Below are positions 29,424 through 40,019 of a stretch of 64,000 bases of DNA, piece after piece (positions within the stretch are counted from its first letter, which is position 1; every line of letters begins with the position of its first letter). Source of the stretch: Pseudomonas phage PhiPA3; sequence record HQ630627.1. One strand, written 5' to 3'. The notes under the pieces are model-generated. The model did not search any database, was not told the DNA's origin, and worked only from the letters and a program-made list of their open reading frames with translations. Position numbers and translations under genes: made by a program.

Positions 29424-29867
29424 TTATTTTTTTGTCATTCCCTGGATTTCTTTCTCCAGTTCTTTGATCTTACTGTCCCCAATAGTTGATTTATATTCAG
29501 CCAACTTCGTTAGGAACAGAGCACGTGGGTACGGTAGTTCGAAGAACTCGTCTATATTCAATCGGCTAATTTCGCCAATATTTAAATTGACGTATTTACG
29601 CATCCACGTGAATTCTGGCCCACCCTCCCAGATGTCCTCCTTTGGATGAAGTTTAACCAAATCCAAAGGAGTTGCATGTGGAGCGCTATGGTCAAATATA
29701 CCGTAGTCATGGTGGTAGGCTTTTCGAGTAAGCATTTCTGCTACCGTTGGCCTTACCGCATCCAAGTTGTTTATCAGCTCAGTTAACTGGACAACCTTGG
29801 TGGAAGGTTCTAACCCGAAAGTGTGCATGCAGATATGTCCGTTAGGGTCGTTCAAATCTACGTTCAA
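29424..29867 (-). CDS. hypothetical protein (147 aa)
   Basis: minus-strand ORF ending at the bidirectional terminator. Confidence 0.45.
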   Translation of the reverse strand: MNVDLNDPNGHICMHTFGLEPSTKVVQLTELINNLDAVRPTVAEMLTRKAYHHDYGIFDHSAPHATPLDLVKLHPKEDIWEGGPEFTWMRKYVNLNIGEISRLNIDEFFELPYPRALFLTKLAEYKSTIGDSKIKELEKEIQGMTKK

Positions 29868-29890
29868 ACGACTCTGACGGATATCTTCAC

Positions 29891-31525
29891 TTACAAGTCC
29901 AGGTGCGAAACTTTCTGGCGCGCCAGGGTAAAAAACACACCTACCATGTCGATCGGTACCAGATGCGGGAAACGTTCACTATGGGTTTTACCTTGCTCAC
30001 CTTTACAAGCTGGGCAATCGTAAGATGGCAACGCCACAATGCCGATGACACTAGAATTCACGTATTCGTGAACTGCCTTGAAGAACGAATCAGCAACCTC
30101 AGCGCTGGTGGCCAGGTTGTCTCGCAGATAAGGAACGATTACTTCGGGATCGTCCGTAACGAACTGATCTTCGAAATCTTCATATTCGTCTTCACGTTCA
30201 TAAATGCCATCAACCCAGTGAGCATACTGAAGTGCAGTAGTGGCTTGAGCAAGGTTATCGATGTAGCGTTGACGCTGTTGACCATGGGGCTGTTCGTTGA
30301 ACGCACCTTGGGTCATGTCGATCAGAGCTTGCATCCACTGACCACCGGAAGCACGGCGTTTCTCAATAGTTGGTACAGCCAAACGAAGACCAATATCGCC
30401 AAACCAGAATACTTTCTTCTGAGTAACGGTGAAGTCTTTGCGATAAGCTTCGAACTCTTCGTCAGTACTCGGTTGGAAACGCTTAGCCAGATGTTTGCGT
30501 TGTTCCTGAGTGAACACAAGGTTATCAAACCAAACGATCGATGACATGTTGAGTTTGAAACGTTCAACGTGGCTACACGTATTCGGATTGGCTACACAAG
30601 GCACAGCGTATTGGAAACCATCCGGGTACATAGCCGCTGCCAACCCGTGATGCAGCAGTACTTCATCATAGATCGATAGTACGGCCTCTAAATCGCTCGG
30701 AGAGACGTACTTGTGGTTAGACGATACTACACAGCTCAGTGCTAGGGTAGTGATCGCATCGAGCATGATAGCGCTGGCATTGGAGAATGCCATACCCTTG
30801 GACTCTGCACCCAACCGCAGCTTGACACTGGCCATCTCTGTGAGCAGTGAAACGATCTCAGCCAGAGTCGGTGCACGCAGACGCAGCCAGATACCGGAAT
30901 GCGGTAGGAAGGTATCGTAGAAACCACCGTTACCAGACTTACGTGCCAGATAAGCCAACATCTCTTCTTTGCTGGCGCGGCGATCTTTGTTCAGCTTCTG
31001 CGACGGGCGACCAGAACGAAGTTCCTGACCTTGTTCACCACCTACCGGCAATACACCCTGACGCCATTCCGAACCAGTACGTTCAGTAGCACGAACTGGT
31101 ACATCACCTAGTTGCAGGTTGGCCATACCACCGATAAGAGTTTCCATCCATGTAGCGTCTTTAATGCTAGCTACAGTATTACCGGTAGAAATGCTTTCGA
31201 TCAGTTCGTTATAGTGGTTCAGGATCTTCATCAAGCTGTTCGGGTTCTCACGAATGAAAGCCAGAACCGCCTCGTCAGCACCTTCAACAGCACTCGAATC
31301 TTTACGAGTCTGAATGAAGTTAATCAGTTGTTGATCAAGAGTCAGTGGTGGGCGCGTATCAACGATTGGACCTTCAGGTATCGTATCATCGACATTAGCT
31401 GGTTCGTCAGGAAGGGTCGGGCCAACCGGTCCGTTCTCCGGCTCAGTACCCGGAGGAACTTGGTCAGCATCCCACTGACCCTCAGCAGGGTAATGATCAT
31501 CTTGATCGAAATCTACTTCACTCAT
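29891..31525 (-). CDS. hypothetical protein (544 aa, acidic N-terminus)
   Basis: long minus ORF with GGAAACC RBS. Confidence 0.5.
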   Translation of the reverse strand: MSEVDFDQDDHYPAEGQWDADQVPPGTEPENGPVGPTLPDEPANVDDTIPEGPIVDTRPPLTLDQQLINFIQTRKDSSAVEGADEAVLAFIRENPNSLMKILNHYNELIESISTGNTVASIKDATWMETLIGGMANLQLGDVPVRATERTGSEWRQGVLPVGGEQGQELRSGRPSQKLNKDRRASKEEMLAYLARKSGNGGFYDTFLPHSGIWLRLRAPTLAEIVSLLTEMASVKLRLGAESKGMAFSNASAIMLDAITTLALSCVVSSNHKYVSPSDLEAVLSIYDEVLLHHGLAAAMYPDGFQYAVPCVANPNTCSHVERFKLNMSSIVWFDNLVFTQEQRKHLAKRFQPSTDEEFEAYRKDFTVTQKKVFWFGDIGLRLAVPTIEKRRASGGQWMQALIDMTQGAFNEQPHGQQRQRYIDNLAQATTALQYAHWVDGIYEREDEYEDFEDQFVTDDPEVIVPYLRDNLATSAEVADSFFKAVHEYVNSSVIGIVALPSYDCPACKGEQGKTHSERFPHLVPIDMVGVFFTLARQKVSHLDL

Positions 31526-32145
31526 TACTTGGTTTCCTCAGTAACCGGATCAGCGAAACTCCAGTTAAGGGTATCGATACCGGCGTCTTGCATGGTTTGA
31601 ATCATACCCAGGAGCAACGGTTGAATGCCCGTCTCCATAGCGGTTTGTAGTTTGGAATAGCCCAGGGACAGAGTAGAGATCAGAGCGATATCATCCAGGG
31701 ACGGCTCGCCTGATTTGTCTTTATGCTGAGTAGCCAGCAGACCCAACGCAGTAATCAGGTTATCCAGATCGACTTGCACGGATTTGAGTTGTGCATCAAA
31801 GCTGGTCGGATCAGGCAGGCGTGCCAGGATGTCATTCAGGTTAGCTAGCACCGGAACCATTACCGGTTGCGTTGCACCAATGAGCCCGGCAACAGACAGA
31901 TACAGTTGACGCAGAATGGCCCAACCATCCGCTTTGAGTAGTTCTTGTGCGACTTCCGCGGATTGTTCCACGGCTTGGTCGAGTTGTTCTTTGGCACAGG
32001 CGGTAGCGGTCATTACGTGTTGTTCCTTATTGGAATTACGATTGAAAATTTCATCAAGCGCTGCGTTCATACGCGCTTTGTCTTCAGGGGTGGGTGGAGG
32101 CAGATGTGCGACATCCATCTCGTTCGCTAAGTGTACTGGAAACAT
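31525..32145 (-). CDS. hypothetical protein (206 aa)
   Basis: stop/start overlap with the downstream gene; divergent promoter region upstream. Confidence 0.5.
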   Translation of the reverse strand: MFPVHLANEMDVAHLPPPTPEDKARMNAALDEIFNRNSNKEQHVMTATACAKEQLDQAVEQSAEVAQELLKADGWAILRQLYLSVAGLIGATQPVMVPVLANLNDILARLPDPTSFDAQLKSVQVDLDNLITALGLLATQHKDKSGEPSLDDIALISTLSLGYSKLQTAMETGIQPLLLGMIQTMQDAGIDTLNWSFADPVTEETK

Positions 32146-32264
32146 GTCTGCCTCAAGTAAAAGGTATATGCTAACATAGATGTAACAGAACAGGTAGAGT
32201 TTCCTTATTCTAAAGCGACTTGCTATACGTAACCCTATGTTAACAATATTCCCTTTTAAGGTAT

Positions 32265-33119
32265 TTGATCATGCAAGAAATCCTAGACAGTGTCCTCACG
32301 CCACTGATTGCAGATGAGCGTAAAGAGGCCATTCTGGACTGTGTTGCATCGTTTGAAGAACTCGACTTTTCTCCAGCTCTAGACGAACTGCACACCGTCT
32401 GCATGATTGCTGACGACATGGCTGATACATCTATTCTACTAAGCCGGATCGATGACGTAATCCGAGTGGCACACGACCAGATCCTAAGTGGTTTTGAAAT
32501 ACGTGTATCAGACGAAGCTACTCAAGTCGAGCGTCAAGCTATTCTGAAAACGGTCACTGGTATTGCGTACTACATATTACCAGACGATATTCAAGGTATC
32601 TTGCAAAGCGAATACGATCACGAAGAAACATTAGCACATCTCGTGCCTTTGTTTGAGAATGTATCCGTCGACGATATCCTTCCTTTGATCACCTATGTTG
32701 CTCCCTCGTTTATCGAAGCATTGACTAAACATGTCAATGAGGTCATGCAAGTGCGGGGCGTTGCTCAAGAATACGACCCCCCAGTAGAACGTATCAAATT
32801 GATTAACCAACTGTTGCGTACCTTCGGTCATGACAAGTTCCAATTGATGTTAGAACTTTCCAGTTCGGGAATGCGTGTGGGTGGGGCAATCGATCAGTTA
32901 ATGTCAGACAGCATGAATGCATTGGATTCACGCAATGCCAAAGAAGCCCTGTATGAAATTGTAGGGCTGGTATTCTTCTCAAACGTAACCCCTGAGATGA
33001 TCTGGAAGACAGCTAACATGTTGACAGATGAATATACCGAGAATCCCATGGAGCGGGCAATTATGCTCGATGAACTCCGCGTTATCCAACGTAGGATGCC
33101 TATCAATGAAACTGCGTGA
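32265..33119 (+). CDS. hypothetical protein (284 aa)
   Basis: ORF following the divergent intergenic region. Confidence 0.45.
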   Translation: MIMQEILDSVLTPLIADERKEAILDCVASFEELDFSPALDELHTVCMIADDMADTSILLSRIDDVIRVAHDQILSGFEIRVSDEATQVERQAILKTVTGIAYYILPDDIQGILQSEYDHEETLAHLVPLFENVSVDDILPLITYVAPSFIEALTKHVNEVMQVRGVAQEYDPPVERIKLINQLLRTFGHDKFQLMLELSSSGMRVGGAIDQLMSDSMNALDSRNAKEALYEIVGLVFFSNVTPEMIWKTANMLTDEYTENPMERAIMLDELRVIQRRMPINETA

Positions 33120-34446
33120 TTACTTCTTACTGGGTTTGAATAAGGGACTTGGCAAGAAACGCGTATGGATGAACGTCTTATTCAACATCGTCTATAATGC
33201 TAACGAAGGTCCTGAATACACGCTCAAGCCTTATTTCAAAGATGATCAGATGTACTTCTACAAGGAAGGCGATTCGAATGACGTTATCGAGTACATCGAA
33301 GATTATATCCCAAACCGAGCCCCATTGCATTTTCGGGATGAATTCATTTTACAACCAGGGGAGATCGCCAATTACAAAGGCACCGAACCCCTACGCACCA
33401 CCTACGGCAATGTCTTTGCCAACCACCTAATCCTGGTTGAAGCCTTCGGTGATCTGTTCCCCTTCCAAGCGGGTAAGTTCGATCCGGCTAAACTGGAAGA
33501 CCAAATCCTCGAACGCATGATTGATGACCGTGAAGATGGTGATGTCACTACCATGGCTGGTGACGGAAAACTGTATGTTTGGCAGTACCTGAAATTCGCT
33601 GATGCGTGCCTAGCTATCCCCGGCTACGCCGATAGCCTCGTCACATCCGTTACCAAGAAGTCTCTGACCAGCTCTCCAGAGCGTGACGCTGTGCGTGAGA
33701 AATGGGTAAAGGATAACGCACACCGACTACATGATCCTGCGGCTATTGCAGAGCTGGGCGTCCTGATGGGTAAAGTCGATGATGAATACCTAGAAGGCGA
33801 TGAAGCCAACGAGTTCTACAAATCGAAGAAGAAACTGGCCGGCGCTCGCCGTAAAGTACACTACTTCTTTGGTGGTGAATCCCCGTTCTCCGATGGCACT
33901 ACTGTTACGTTCATCAAGAAGTCATTGGAAGAAGGTATTGATACCGACTTCATGCCGGTGATGAACAACTCGCTGCGCTTCGGTTCTTACAACCGAGGTG
34001 CACAGACAGCGATGGGTGGTGAATCCACGAAGACTATTTACCGGATGGTAGGTACTGTTCGAATCATCGAACCCGACTGCAAAACCTGGATCGGTATTCC
34101 CACAATGGTGGATGACTTCAACGCCAAAACGTTGATTGGTTATTCCTACGTTGATAAGGGACGATCTATCCTTATCGAGAAAGATGACCTGGAATCTCTC
34201 AAAGGTCGCATCATTGACATCCGTGGTCCGATGACTTGTAAGTCTGGACGGGGTGAAGGGGATGCATTGGGTAAAGGTAAGAACATCTGTGCCGTGTGTG
34301 CAGGTAAAGCACTTGCCGAAAACCCGAACGGTATCCCCGCAGCCGCAGCAGGAGTCGGTGGTAGGTTCTTGATGATCTTTATGTCAAAGATGCACAGCTC
34401 TGTTCTAAGAACCGTGCACTGGGACATGAGACGCCGTATTACCTAG
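33106..34446 (+). CDS. hypothetical protein (446 aa)
   Basis: ATG with AGGA RBS overlapping the upstream stop. Confidence 0.45.
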   Translation: MKLRDYFLLGLNKGLGKKRVWMNVLFNIVYNANEGPEYTLKPYFKDDQMYFYKEGDSNDVIEYIEDYIPNRAPLHFRDEFILQPGEIANYKGTEPLRTTYGNVFANHLILVEAFGDLFPFQAGKFDPAKLEDQILERMIDDREDGDVTTMAGDGKLYVWQYLKFADACLAIPGYADSLVTSVTKKSLTSSPERDAVREKWVKDNAHRLHDPAAIAELGVLMGKVDDEYLEGDEANEFYKSKKKLAGARRKVHYFFGGESPFSDGTTVTFIKKSLEEGIDTDFMPVMNNSLRFGSYNRGAQTAMGGESTKTIYRMVGTVRIIEPDCKTWIGIPTMVDDFNAKTLIGYSYVDKGRSILIEKDDLESLKGRIIDIRGPMTCKSGRGEGDALGKGKNICAVCAGKALAENPNGIPAAAAGVGGRFLMIFMSKMHSSVLRTVHWDMRRRIT

Positions 34447-34548
34447 CTTTCAGCTTGTATTGTTTACCGAGTTAAATATTTAGTGTAGATGTATGTGTAA
34501 TATTATACAGGGTATTTCCCCCATCTACACTAATTCGGAAACATAACA

Positions 34549-35742
34549 ATGCATTATCTAGATATCCCCGCAGTTAACGGTGTCCTTACGATTAGCCACG
34601 TAGCAACAGGTTCGTTTTATATGGTGTGCGCGACGAATATACGCGACGCCGCTATAAATGCTAATGGCCAACTACGCTTGGGTACTTATCAAAGTCCAAA
34701 ACTCCAAGAACTTTATCTACAATCTGACGAACTCGATTTTACGTTTATCGAAACGGCAGATAAGGAAGAGTCACGGAGTATCCGTCAAAAAGTAATGGCG
34801 GAAAACTATGGCAATGATAAGCTACTAAATCAGCAGGACTGGCCTAAGCTTACCGGAGTGTTTAAACTTGAACACTCAGCTACTGGTAAATTGATTATTG
34901 GTACCACTCAGGATATTATAAAACAGCACAGCTATCAAGCCACACTACTTCGAACTGGAAAGCATAAGTGTCCTGAGTTCCAATCTCTCTATGACCCGGA
35001 AGTTGGTACAAGTGCGTTTAAGTTCTCTTTCTCCATTTGCACTGATAAAGAAGAAGCTAAATCGGTTGCACAGGAATGGATCAAAGATGCTGTTAAACGG
35101 GGCGTTTATCTAACTGGTTCTACCGTTAAACCAGCCAAGGTTGAAGAAGTCGGTAAATTGTGCGGGGTTTATCGGATAACCTTCCCGGCTACTGGACATT
35201 TCTATATCGGTAGTAGCGGTCATGTCCGTCAGCGACTAGCTCACCACAAGAGTCGACTTAAGGCTGGGCTACACGCCAGCAGTCAAGTGCAGGAGTGCTA
35301 CAATAACAATGGTGGCGAGTATACTACCGACACCATCTATACGGATACCCGTGATGAGGCTTACGCACTGGAACAGAAGTTAATCGACTTACATCAAGTC
35401 GATCCATTGTTTTTGAACTTTGGTAGTGACGTGAAGTCGGTCGTCAAGGATCTTTGGGCTAATCCGGAATATCGTGATCGCATTATCAATGGTTCAGTTA
35501 AATCGGTTAGAGATCCAGAACGGCGAAAAGCTTACGGCGAAAAGATGAAAGCTTACTGGGCTACGCCAGAGGCTAAAGCTAAGCGCATGGGTGGGGGAAA
35601 TCCATTTGCCCGGAAAGTGAGTGTCTTTGGAATCGTATACGGCTCTATTATGGATGCGGTTCGTGCTAAAGCTTTGCCAGATGCTAAACTTCGCCAACGT
35701 TTAAAAGACCCTGAAGACAAAGAAGTCTTCTATGTTAGCTGA
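34549..35742 (+). CDS. free-standing GIY-YIG homing endonuclease with three tandem GIY-YIG modules
   Basis: The third module is canonical (GVYRITF...HFYIGSS...R...H...YNNNGGE). Two degenerate upstream modules (GVLTIS...SFYMV; GVFKLE...KLIIGTT) sit with a repeated basic C-terminal region. GC is lower and codon usage atypical. Confidence 0.6.
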   Translation: MHYLDIPAVNGVLTISHVATGSFYMVCATNIRDAAINANGQLRLGTYQSPKLQELYLQSDELDFTFIETADKEESRSIRQKVMAENYGNDKLLNQQDWPKLTGVFKLEHSATGKLIIGTTQDIIKQHSYQATLLRTGKHKCPEFQSLYDPEVGTSAFKFSFSICTDKEEAKSVAQEWIKDAVKRGVYLTGSTVKPAKVEEVGKLCGVYRITFPATGHFYIGSSGHVRQRLAHHKSRLKAGLHASSQVQECYNNNGGEYTTDTIYTDTRDEAYALEQKLIDLHQVDPLFLNFGSDVKSVVKDLWANPEYRDRIINGSVKSVRDPERRKAYGEKMKAYWATPEAKAKRMGGGNPFARKVSVFGIVYGSIMDAVRAKALPDAKLRQRLKDPEDKEVFYVS

Positions 35743-35797
35743 CGGGAGAACTTACGCGTTCTCCCAACTTTCTGAACATTTCCCGATAACGGATAAA

Positions 35798-37096
35798 ATG
35801 ATGAGCAACAAAAATCGCAACAGAACTTTCAACCTGGCTGACGTCCAAAAGGGTGCAGTTACTATACCGGAATCCAAAGTGGGTACTGAAGCCGCTGTAG
35901 AGATCCCGGAAACCACTACCGCTGCGGTTGATCTGGAAGACCCTAGCTCTGAGAGCTACAATGATGACAAAGCGGTCACTCACGAACTGCCCGACGACGA
36001 CAAAAGCGAATCTGACGCTGGCGATCCTGTCGACAGTGATCAAGATGTTTCCGAAGGCACTGAAGAACCGGCATCTGTGGATGTAAGTGATCTCCCGGTA
36101 GAAACTGTCACTGAAGAGTCGCCTCAGGTACGTGATATCAACCAACTGGCTGTTGGCGAATGGACGCTTGAAGAACTCGAATCGTACATTGATGGTTCTT
36201 TCGGTAACATCTATCGTTCGAAGCTGGAAGATGTTCTGGAAGAGCATCGCCGGCGCGTTGAGAAACTCGACCATGCTTGGTCGCTGCAAGAGTGCCGAGA
36301 GTTCCTTACCCAAAATATCATCCCGGAGAAGACCTCCACTGGGGCTTGGAAGAACGACGTTACTCGTGCCCTGCGTCGGCCGGGTAGTTGGACTACTCAA
36401 GAACTCGAAGCGTGGGCGCTGGGTGAGATCAAAGCTGTAGGCCTGTCCACCAATGCCGAACTGGCGATTGAACTGAAAGATCGTTTGGGCCTGCAAGTAA
36501 ACACCGTTGATCCGGATAACGTGATCAAGGCTTACAAGGTCCGTACCGGTAACGGTCTGTCCACTGTAGTTCAAGAACACACTGGATCTGTTCCGACCAT
36601 TGCTACCCAAGCCCTGTCCACCGAAGCGAAAGCTGAAGCGGTCGCTGCCATTACTTACCAAGGACTCACTCCCGTGAACCAGAGCTACATTGAAAACACC
36701 CTGAAAGAATACGCAGCTGCGGTAGCGGTCAACAAGCCGGTTACGCCGGAGAATGGCCTACGTGCTCAGAAAGCACTGGACAACCTGCTGCGTTACGTAA
36801 TCAACCTGCAAGATCCGGCCGGCTTCAAATCTGGTATGGATATCATCCTGAATTTCGTTCGTGCAAACCGTGGTCCGCAAGGCGTGTTCAACGACACTTA
36901 CGCCTTCCGTTTCACTGAGAACCTGACCATGCAAAATGGGATTCAGGAATCTCACATTAACCTGATCACTCTGTTTAACGTCTACGCCAGTGAGAATCGC
37001 GAAGCTCGTGCGCAGGCCGATATCCCGACTCTGATCGCGCTGTTCCCCTCGAACAAGCACTCTCTGCTGCTGCAATATTTCAGCAAAGTCGCCTAA
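35798..37096 (+). CDS. hypothetical protein with acidic N-terminal region (433 aa)
   Basis: long ORF; the antisense 308-aa ORF is rejected. Confidence 0.5.
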   Translation: MMSNKNRNRTFNLADVQKGAVTIPESKVGTEAAVEIPETTTAAVDLEDPSSESYNDDKAVTHELPDDDKSESDAGDPVDSDQDVSEGTEEPASVDVSDLPVETVTEESPQVRDINQLAVGEWTLEELESYIDGSFGNIYRSKLEDVLEEHRRRVEKLDHAWSLQECREFLTQNIIPEKTSTGAWKNDVTRALRRPGSWTTQELEAWALGEIKAVGLSTNAELAIELKDRLGLQVNTVDPDNVIKAYKVRTGNGLSTVVQEHTGSVPTIATQALSTEAKAEAVAAITYQGLTPVNQSYIENTLKEYAAAVAVNKPVTPENGLRAQKALDNLLRYVINLQDPAGFKSGMDIILNFVRANRGPQGVFNDTYAFRFTENLTMQNGIQESHINLITLFNVYASENREARAQADIPTLIALFPSNKHSLLLQYFSKVA

Positions 37097-37102
37097 CATA
37101 CT

Positions 37103-37129
37103 GCCCCTCCTTCGGGAGGGGCCTTATGC
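37103..37129 (+). terminator. hairpin gcccctcc-ttcg-ggaggggc followed by CTTATGC...CAATCCTATGTTA
   Basis: same downstream CAATCCTATGTT box recurs at 59639. Confidence 0.55.
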
Positions 37130-37164
37130 TGCAATCCTATGTTACGTAATTGATGGTGAATACC

Positions 37165-38700
37165 ATGTTTGAATTATTGCTAGGTGCTAGATTAGCTAGA
37201 CCTCCATTGGTTGATAACCGCTTTATCGGAGAAGTAAGTCCTTCTTCGTTTATTACCGCAAGCGCTTTGGCTAGTGCAGTCGGCCTATTAGCTGGAGCAA
37301 ACGTTAATGATGCTATCCCATGGTTACAATTTCGTTTTAATGGCAAGGACTATTACACCCCCAAAAAAGCCATTCGACACACAATTAGCTGGGAAGCATT
37401 AAATTCGGCGAGTCTGATCACTGGGAATAAACTAACCAAAATTGCCTCTAAGTTTTATTCGGTTAGGTTGTTTAAAGGAGCTAGCGTTAATCCGGTAACG
37501 GTTACGAGTGGTTATGACCTGGTACAGTTCCAAGGTTCAGAATGGAACAAATTCATGTACCATATCCACGGCCCTAGCTTCGCTAACCCAAGCAACACAA
37601 TGGCATCTGAACCCCTTGCTGGTGAGTGGGCTCAATACAGTGATGCTGACTTGGGTTTAGGGTATCCCGCTGATGGTGGCGCCGCTACATGGACACAAGA
37701 ACTCTACACCAAATCTGGTGATGCTACTAAGTATGCCGTGTGGCGCGGATACAATGGTGTGTCTTACTGTGGTTATGACGTATCTAACCTGGCGAGTCAG
37801 AGTTATGCTGGATGGCGCCCATTGTTGGAGCAAGTGGCCGATACATTCAAACCGACTGTCAAGACCATCGCTAGTGAAGCGATGGGTAATGGTTGCTGGT
37901 TTGTTTGGAACAACGACATTTATTTCGCTGGCGGTAACGGGTCTCAACAAACCGCAAGGATTATAAAAGTAGATAAGACAACCGGTGCCAGGACGGCTGT
38001 TCCTGTTGGCACGGGGTCTACACCGGCAGCGACATGGTACTGGTCATGTGCAGTTATTGGAGATAAGGTATATTTCTTTGGCGGTCAATCAGCTGCTGGT
38101 TCTGCAAACGCAGCTCAAAATGCCTGTGTGTTCGATATGGTGACACAGGTATGGACCACCCTTGCAAATCTTCCTGAAAAATTATACAGGCCCCGTGTAG
38201 CGGCGATTGGTACTAAACTCTACATCTACGGTGGTGGACTGGTTACTCCTCGCGACACACTGTACGAATATGATCCACAAGGTAACACCTACGTCAAGAA
38301 AGCTCATGGCGGTGAAAACGCATCGGATACAGCTGGACTAGCTGTGACCTCAGACGGTACTTACCTGTATGCCTGTGGTGGTTACTATAATGCCATGTCT
38401 AACAAGCTGAAGCGTTATAACCCAACATCTAATACCTGGGATGTCCTCCAAGCAGCACCTGTAGCCAACTACGAGAATGGTATTGGAATAGCTGGTGACA
38501 TTCTGTTGTCGGTAGGTGGTACTGGGACCAATATGGGACAAAAGGTATACATGTACCTGTTCTCTAAAAATGCGTGGGTGGATACAGGTATAACCCTACC
38601 ACTTTCTTATGCGACGGCGTATTCAACTGTTCTGAATATAGACGGAAAATGGTACGCATTCTCCCAGCAGAATGCATCCCTTGGAGAAATTGGTGGCTGA
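37165..38700 (+). CDS. tail fibre / receptor-binding paralog A: conserved N-domain plus Kelch-like beta-propeller
   Basis: N-terminus MFELLLGA.. shared with 40375; the conserved ~200-aa N-domain ends in GWRPLLEQV; C-terminal repeats with GG motifs (IYFAGG, VYFFGG, LYIYGG, LYACGG). Confidence 0.55.
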   Translation: MFELLLGARLARPPLVDNRFIGEVSPSSFITASALASAVGLLAGANVNDAIPWLQFRFNGKDYYTPKKAIRHTISWEALNSASLITGNKLTKIASKFYSVRLFKGASVNPVTVTSGYDLVQFQGSEWNKFMYHIHGPSFANPSNTMASEPLAGEWAQYSDADLGLGYPADGGAATWTQELYTKSGDATKYAVWRGYNGVSYCGYDVSNLASQSYAGWRPLLEQVADTFKPTVKTIASEAMGNGCWFVWNNDIYFAGGNGSQQTARIIKVDKTTGARTAVPVGTGSTPAATWYWSCAVIGDKVYFFGGQSAAGSANAAQNACVFDMVTQVWTTLANLPEKLYRPRVAAIGTKLYIYGGGLVTPRDTLYEYDPQGNTYVKKAHGGENASDTAGLAVTSDGTYLYACGGYYNAMSNKLKRYNPTSNTWDVLQAAPVANYENGIGIAGDILLSVGGTGTNMGQKVYMYLFSKNAWVDTGITLPLSYATAYSTVLNIDGKWYAFSQQNASLGEIGG

Positions 38701-38701
38701 T

Positions 38702-39337
38702 ATGATGGAATCAATATTGGGGACCATTGCGTCACCAGGTGACAACTTAGTACCAGGTCCCCAAGCTGTCGTAGCTGGCGACACCACCTATGGATATTAC
38801 GGGGAATTCTCTGGTGGCCTTCCGCAACCACAAGCATTGTGTGATCTAGTGAATGCCACTGAAGGCGGCTTACTGGTTACGTCAACGACATGGTTGAAGT
38901 TCTGCGATGGCGGTAAGATCTACTTCATGACCAAGGTTCCGATTAGGAATAACATGCGGTGGTCTGAGCTGGACGCCAAAGGCCTCGTTACCGGTAAACA
39001 AATTACAATCGGCAAGCATACGTACATCTGTCGTATCATGACCGGCATTGCAGATAAGGCCGCTGGCACAGCGGGTGGAGAATGGAACCGCTGGATGTAT
39101 CCATTGTGTACTACCCGACCCAGTGGCCCAGTTTGGGCTAACTTCACAGTAACGCAATTGGGCGTCACATCGACCACTAATGGTGGTGGTGCTAACTGGG
39201 TACAAGAAGAACAAACCTCTGCTCCTGCTTATCACTACTACCGGGGATTTACGGGTATTGCAGTGGTGGGTAAAGAGGTAAGCAATTCGAACATCGGCAA
39301 CTACGGCTGGCGTCCAATATTGGAACTTGTAAACTGA
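38702..39337 (+). CDS. tail fibre paralog B (N-domain only, 211 aa)
   Basis: shares PGP..AG, WLKF and GWRPILELV with A, C and D. Confidence 0.5.
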   Translation: MMESILGTIASPGDNLVPGPQAVVAGDTTYGYYGEFSGGLPQPQALCDLVNATEGGLLVTSTTWLKFCDGGKIYFMTKVPIRNNMRWSELDAKGLVTGKQITIGKHTYICRIMTGIADKAAGTAGGEWNRWMYPLCTTRPSGPVWANFTVTQLGVTSTTNGGGANWVQEEQTSAPAYHYYRGFTGIAVVGKEVSNSNIGNYGWRPILELVN

Positions 39338-39347
39338 GGAGAGAGAA

Positions 39348-40019
39348 ATGTTGGAACTAATGCTCTCTTTGGGCAAACCTATATCTATCGTTGAAGGCGA
39401 CAACGGCCCAGGTCCCACTACTTTAGTCGCTGGTACTTCCCTTGCGGGGTATTTTGGTCTGGTACCCTCCGCCAGTTTAATTGGTGGTGATGCGCTTGCT
39501 ACACTGACTGGCATGACTGCTGGTACTTTACAGAACGACACTACCCCGTGGATGAAATTTGCATACAACAACAAAGCATTGTTCATTGCACAGAAGTCTA
39601 TTCGGTATGGCATGTCGTGGGACAGCTTAAACGCAGCAGCGGTGGCTACACCAGGTAAGACGATCACCATTGGTAACTATCGCTATAAGTGTCGTCTGCT
39701 GTTGATTGCCCCGGCTGACTCAGGTAACTCTAACTCCACGTTACCTGGACGGGAATGGTCTAACCTTATTTACAACGTCTGTACGGCTGGACCCTCTACC
39801 AAGGGTTGGGCCGCATTTACTACTGCCGACCTCGGTATTGGCGGTAGCTTCAATGGTCGATATAACTGGGGTCAAGAATCCGGTACAGCAACGTCAGGTG
39901 CTGGTCGAGCAGGCGTGGGTTACACCACAATTAACAAACTCGACTTCAATGCGTCTGGTAATACCGGTACGCACATGGGATGGAGACCATGCTTGGAACT
40001 GGTTGGTAAAATAGCATAA
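39348..40019 (+). CDS. tail fibre paralog C (N-domain only, 223 aa)
   Basis: GPGPTTLVAG, WMKF and GWRPCLELV; GAGAGA RBS. Confidence 0.5.
   Translation: MLELMLSLGKPISIVEGDNGPGPTTLVAGTSLAGYFGLVPSASLIGGDALATLTGMTAGTLQNDTTPWMKFAYNNKALFIAQKSIRYGMSWDSLNAAAVATPGKTITIGNYRYKCRLLLIAPADSGNSNSTLPGREWSNLIYNVCTAGPSTKGWAAFTTADLGIGGSFNGRYNWGQESGTATSGAGRAGVGYTTINKLDFNASGNTGTHMGWRPCLELVGKIA

Noticed and set aside
35735-36661. 308-aa minus-strand ORF overlapping the acidic protein gene
   Set aside because: It is entirely antisense to a better-supported + gene in a + strand operon, with no start signals.
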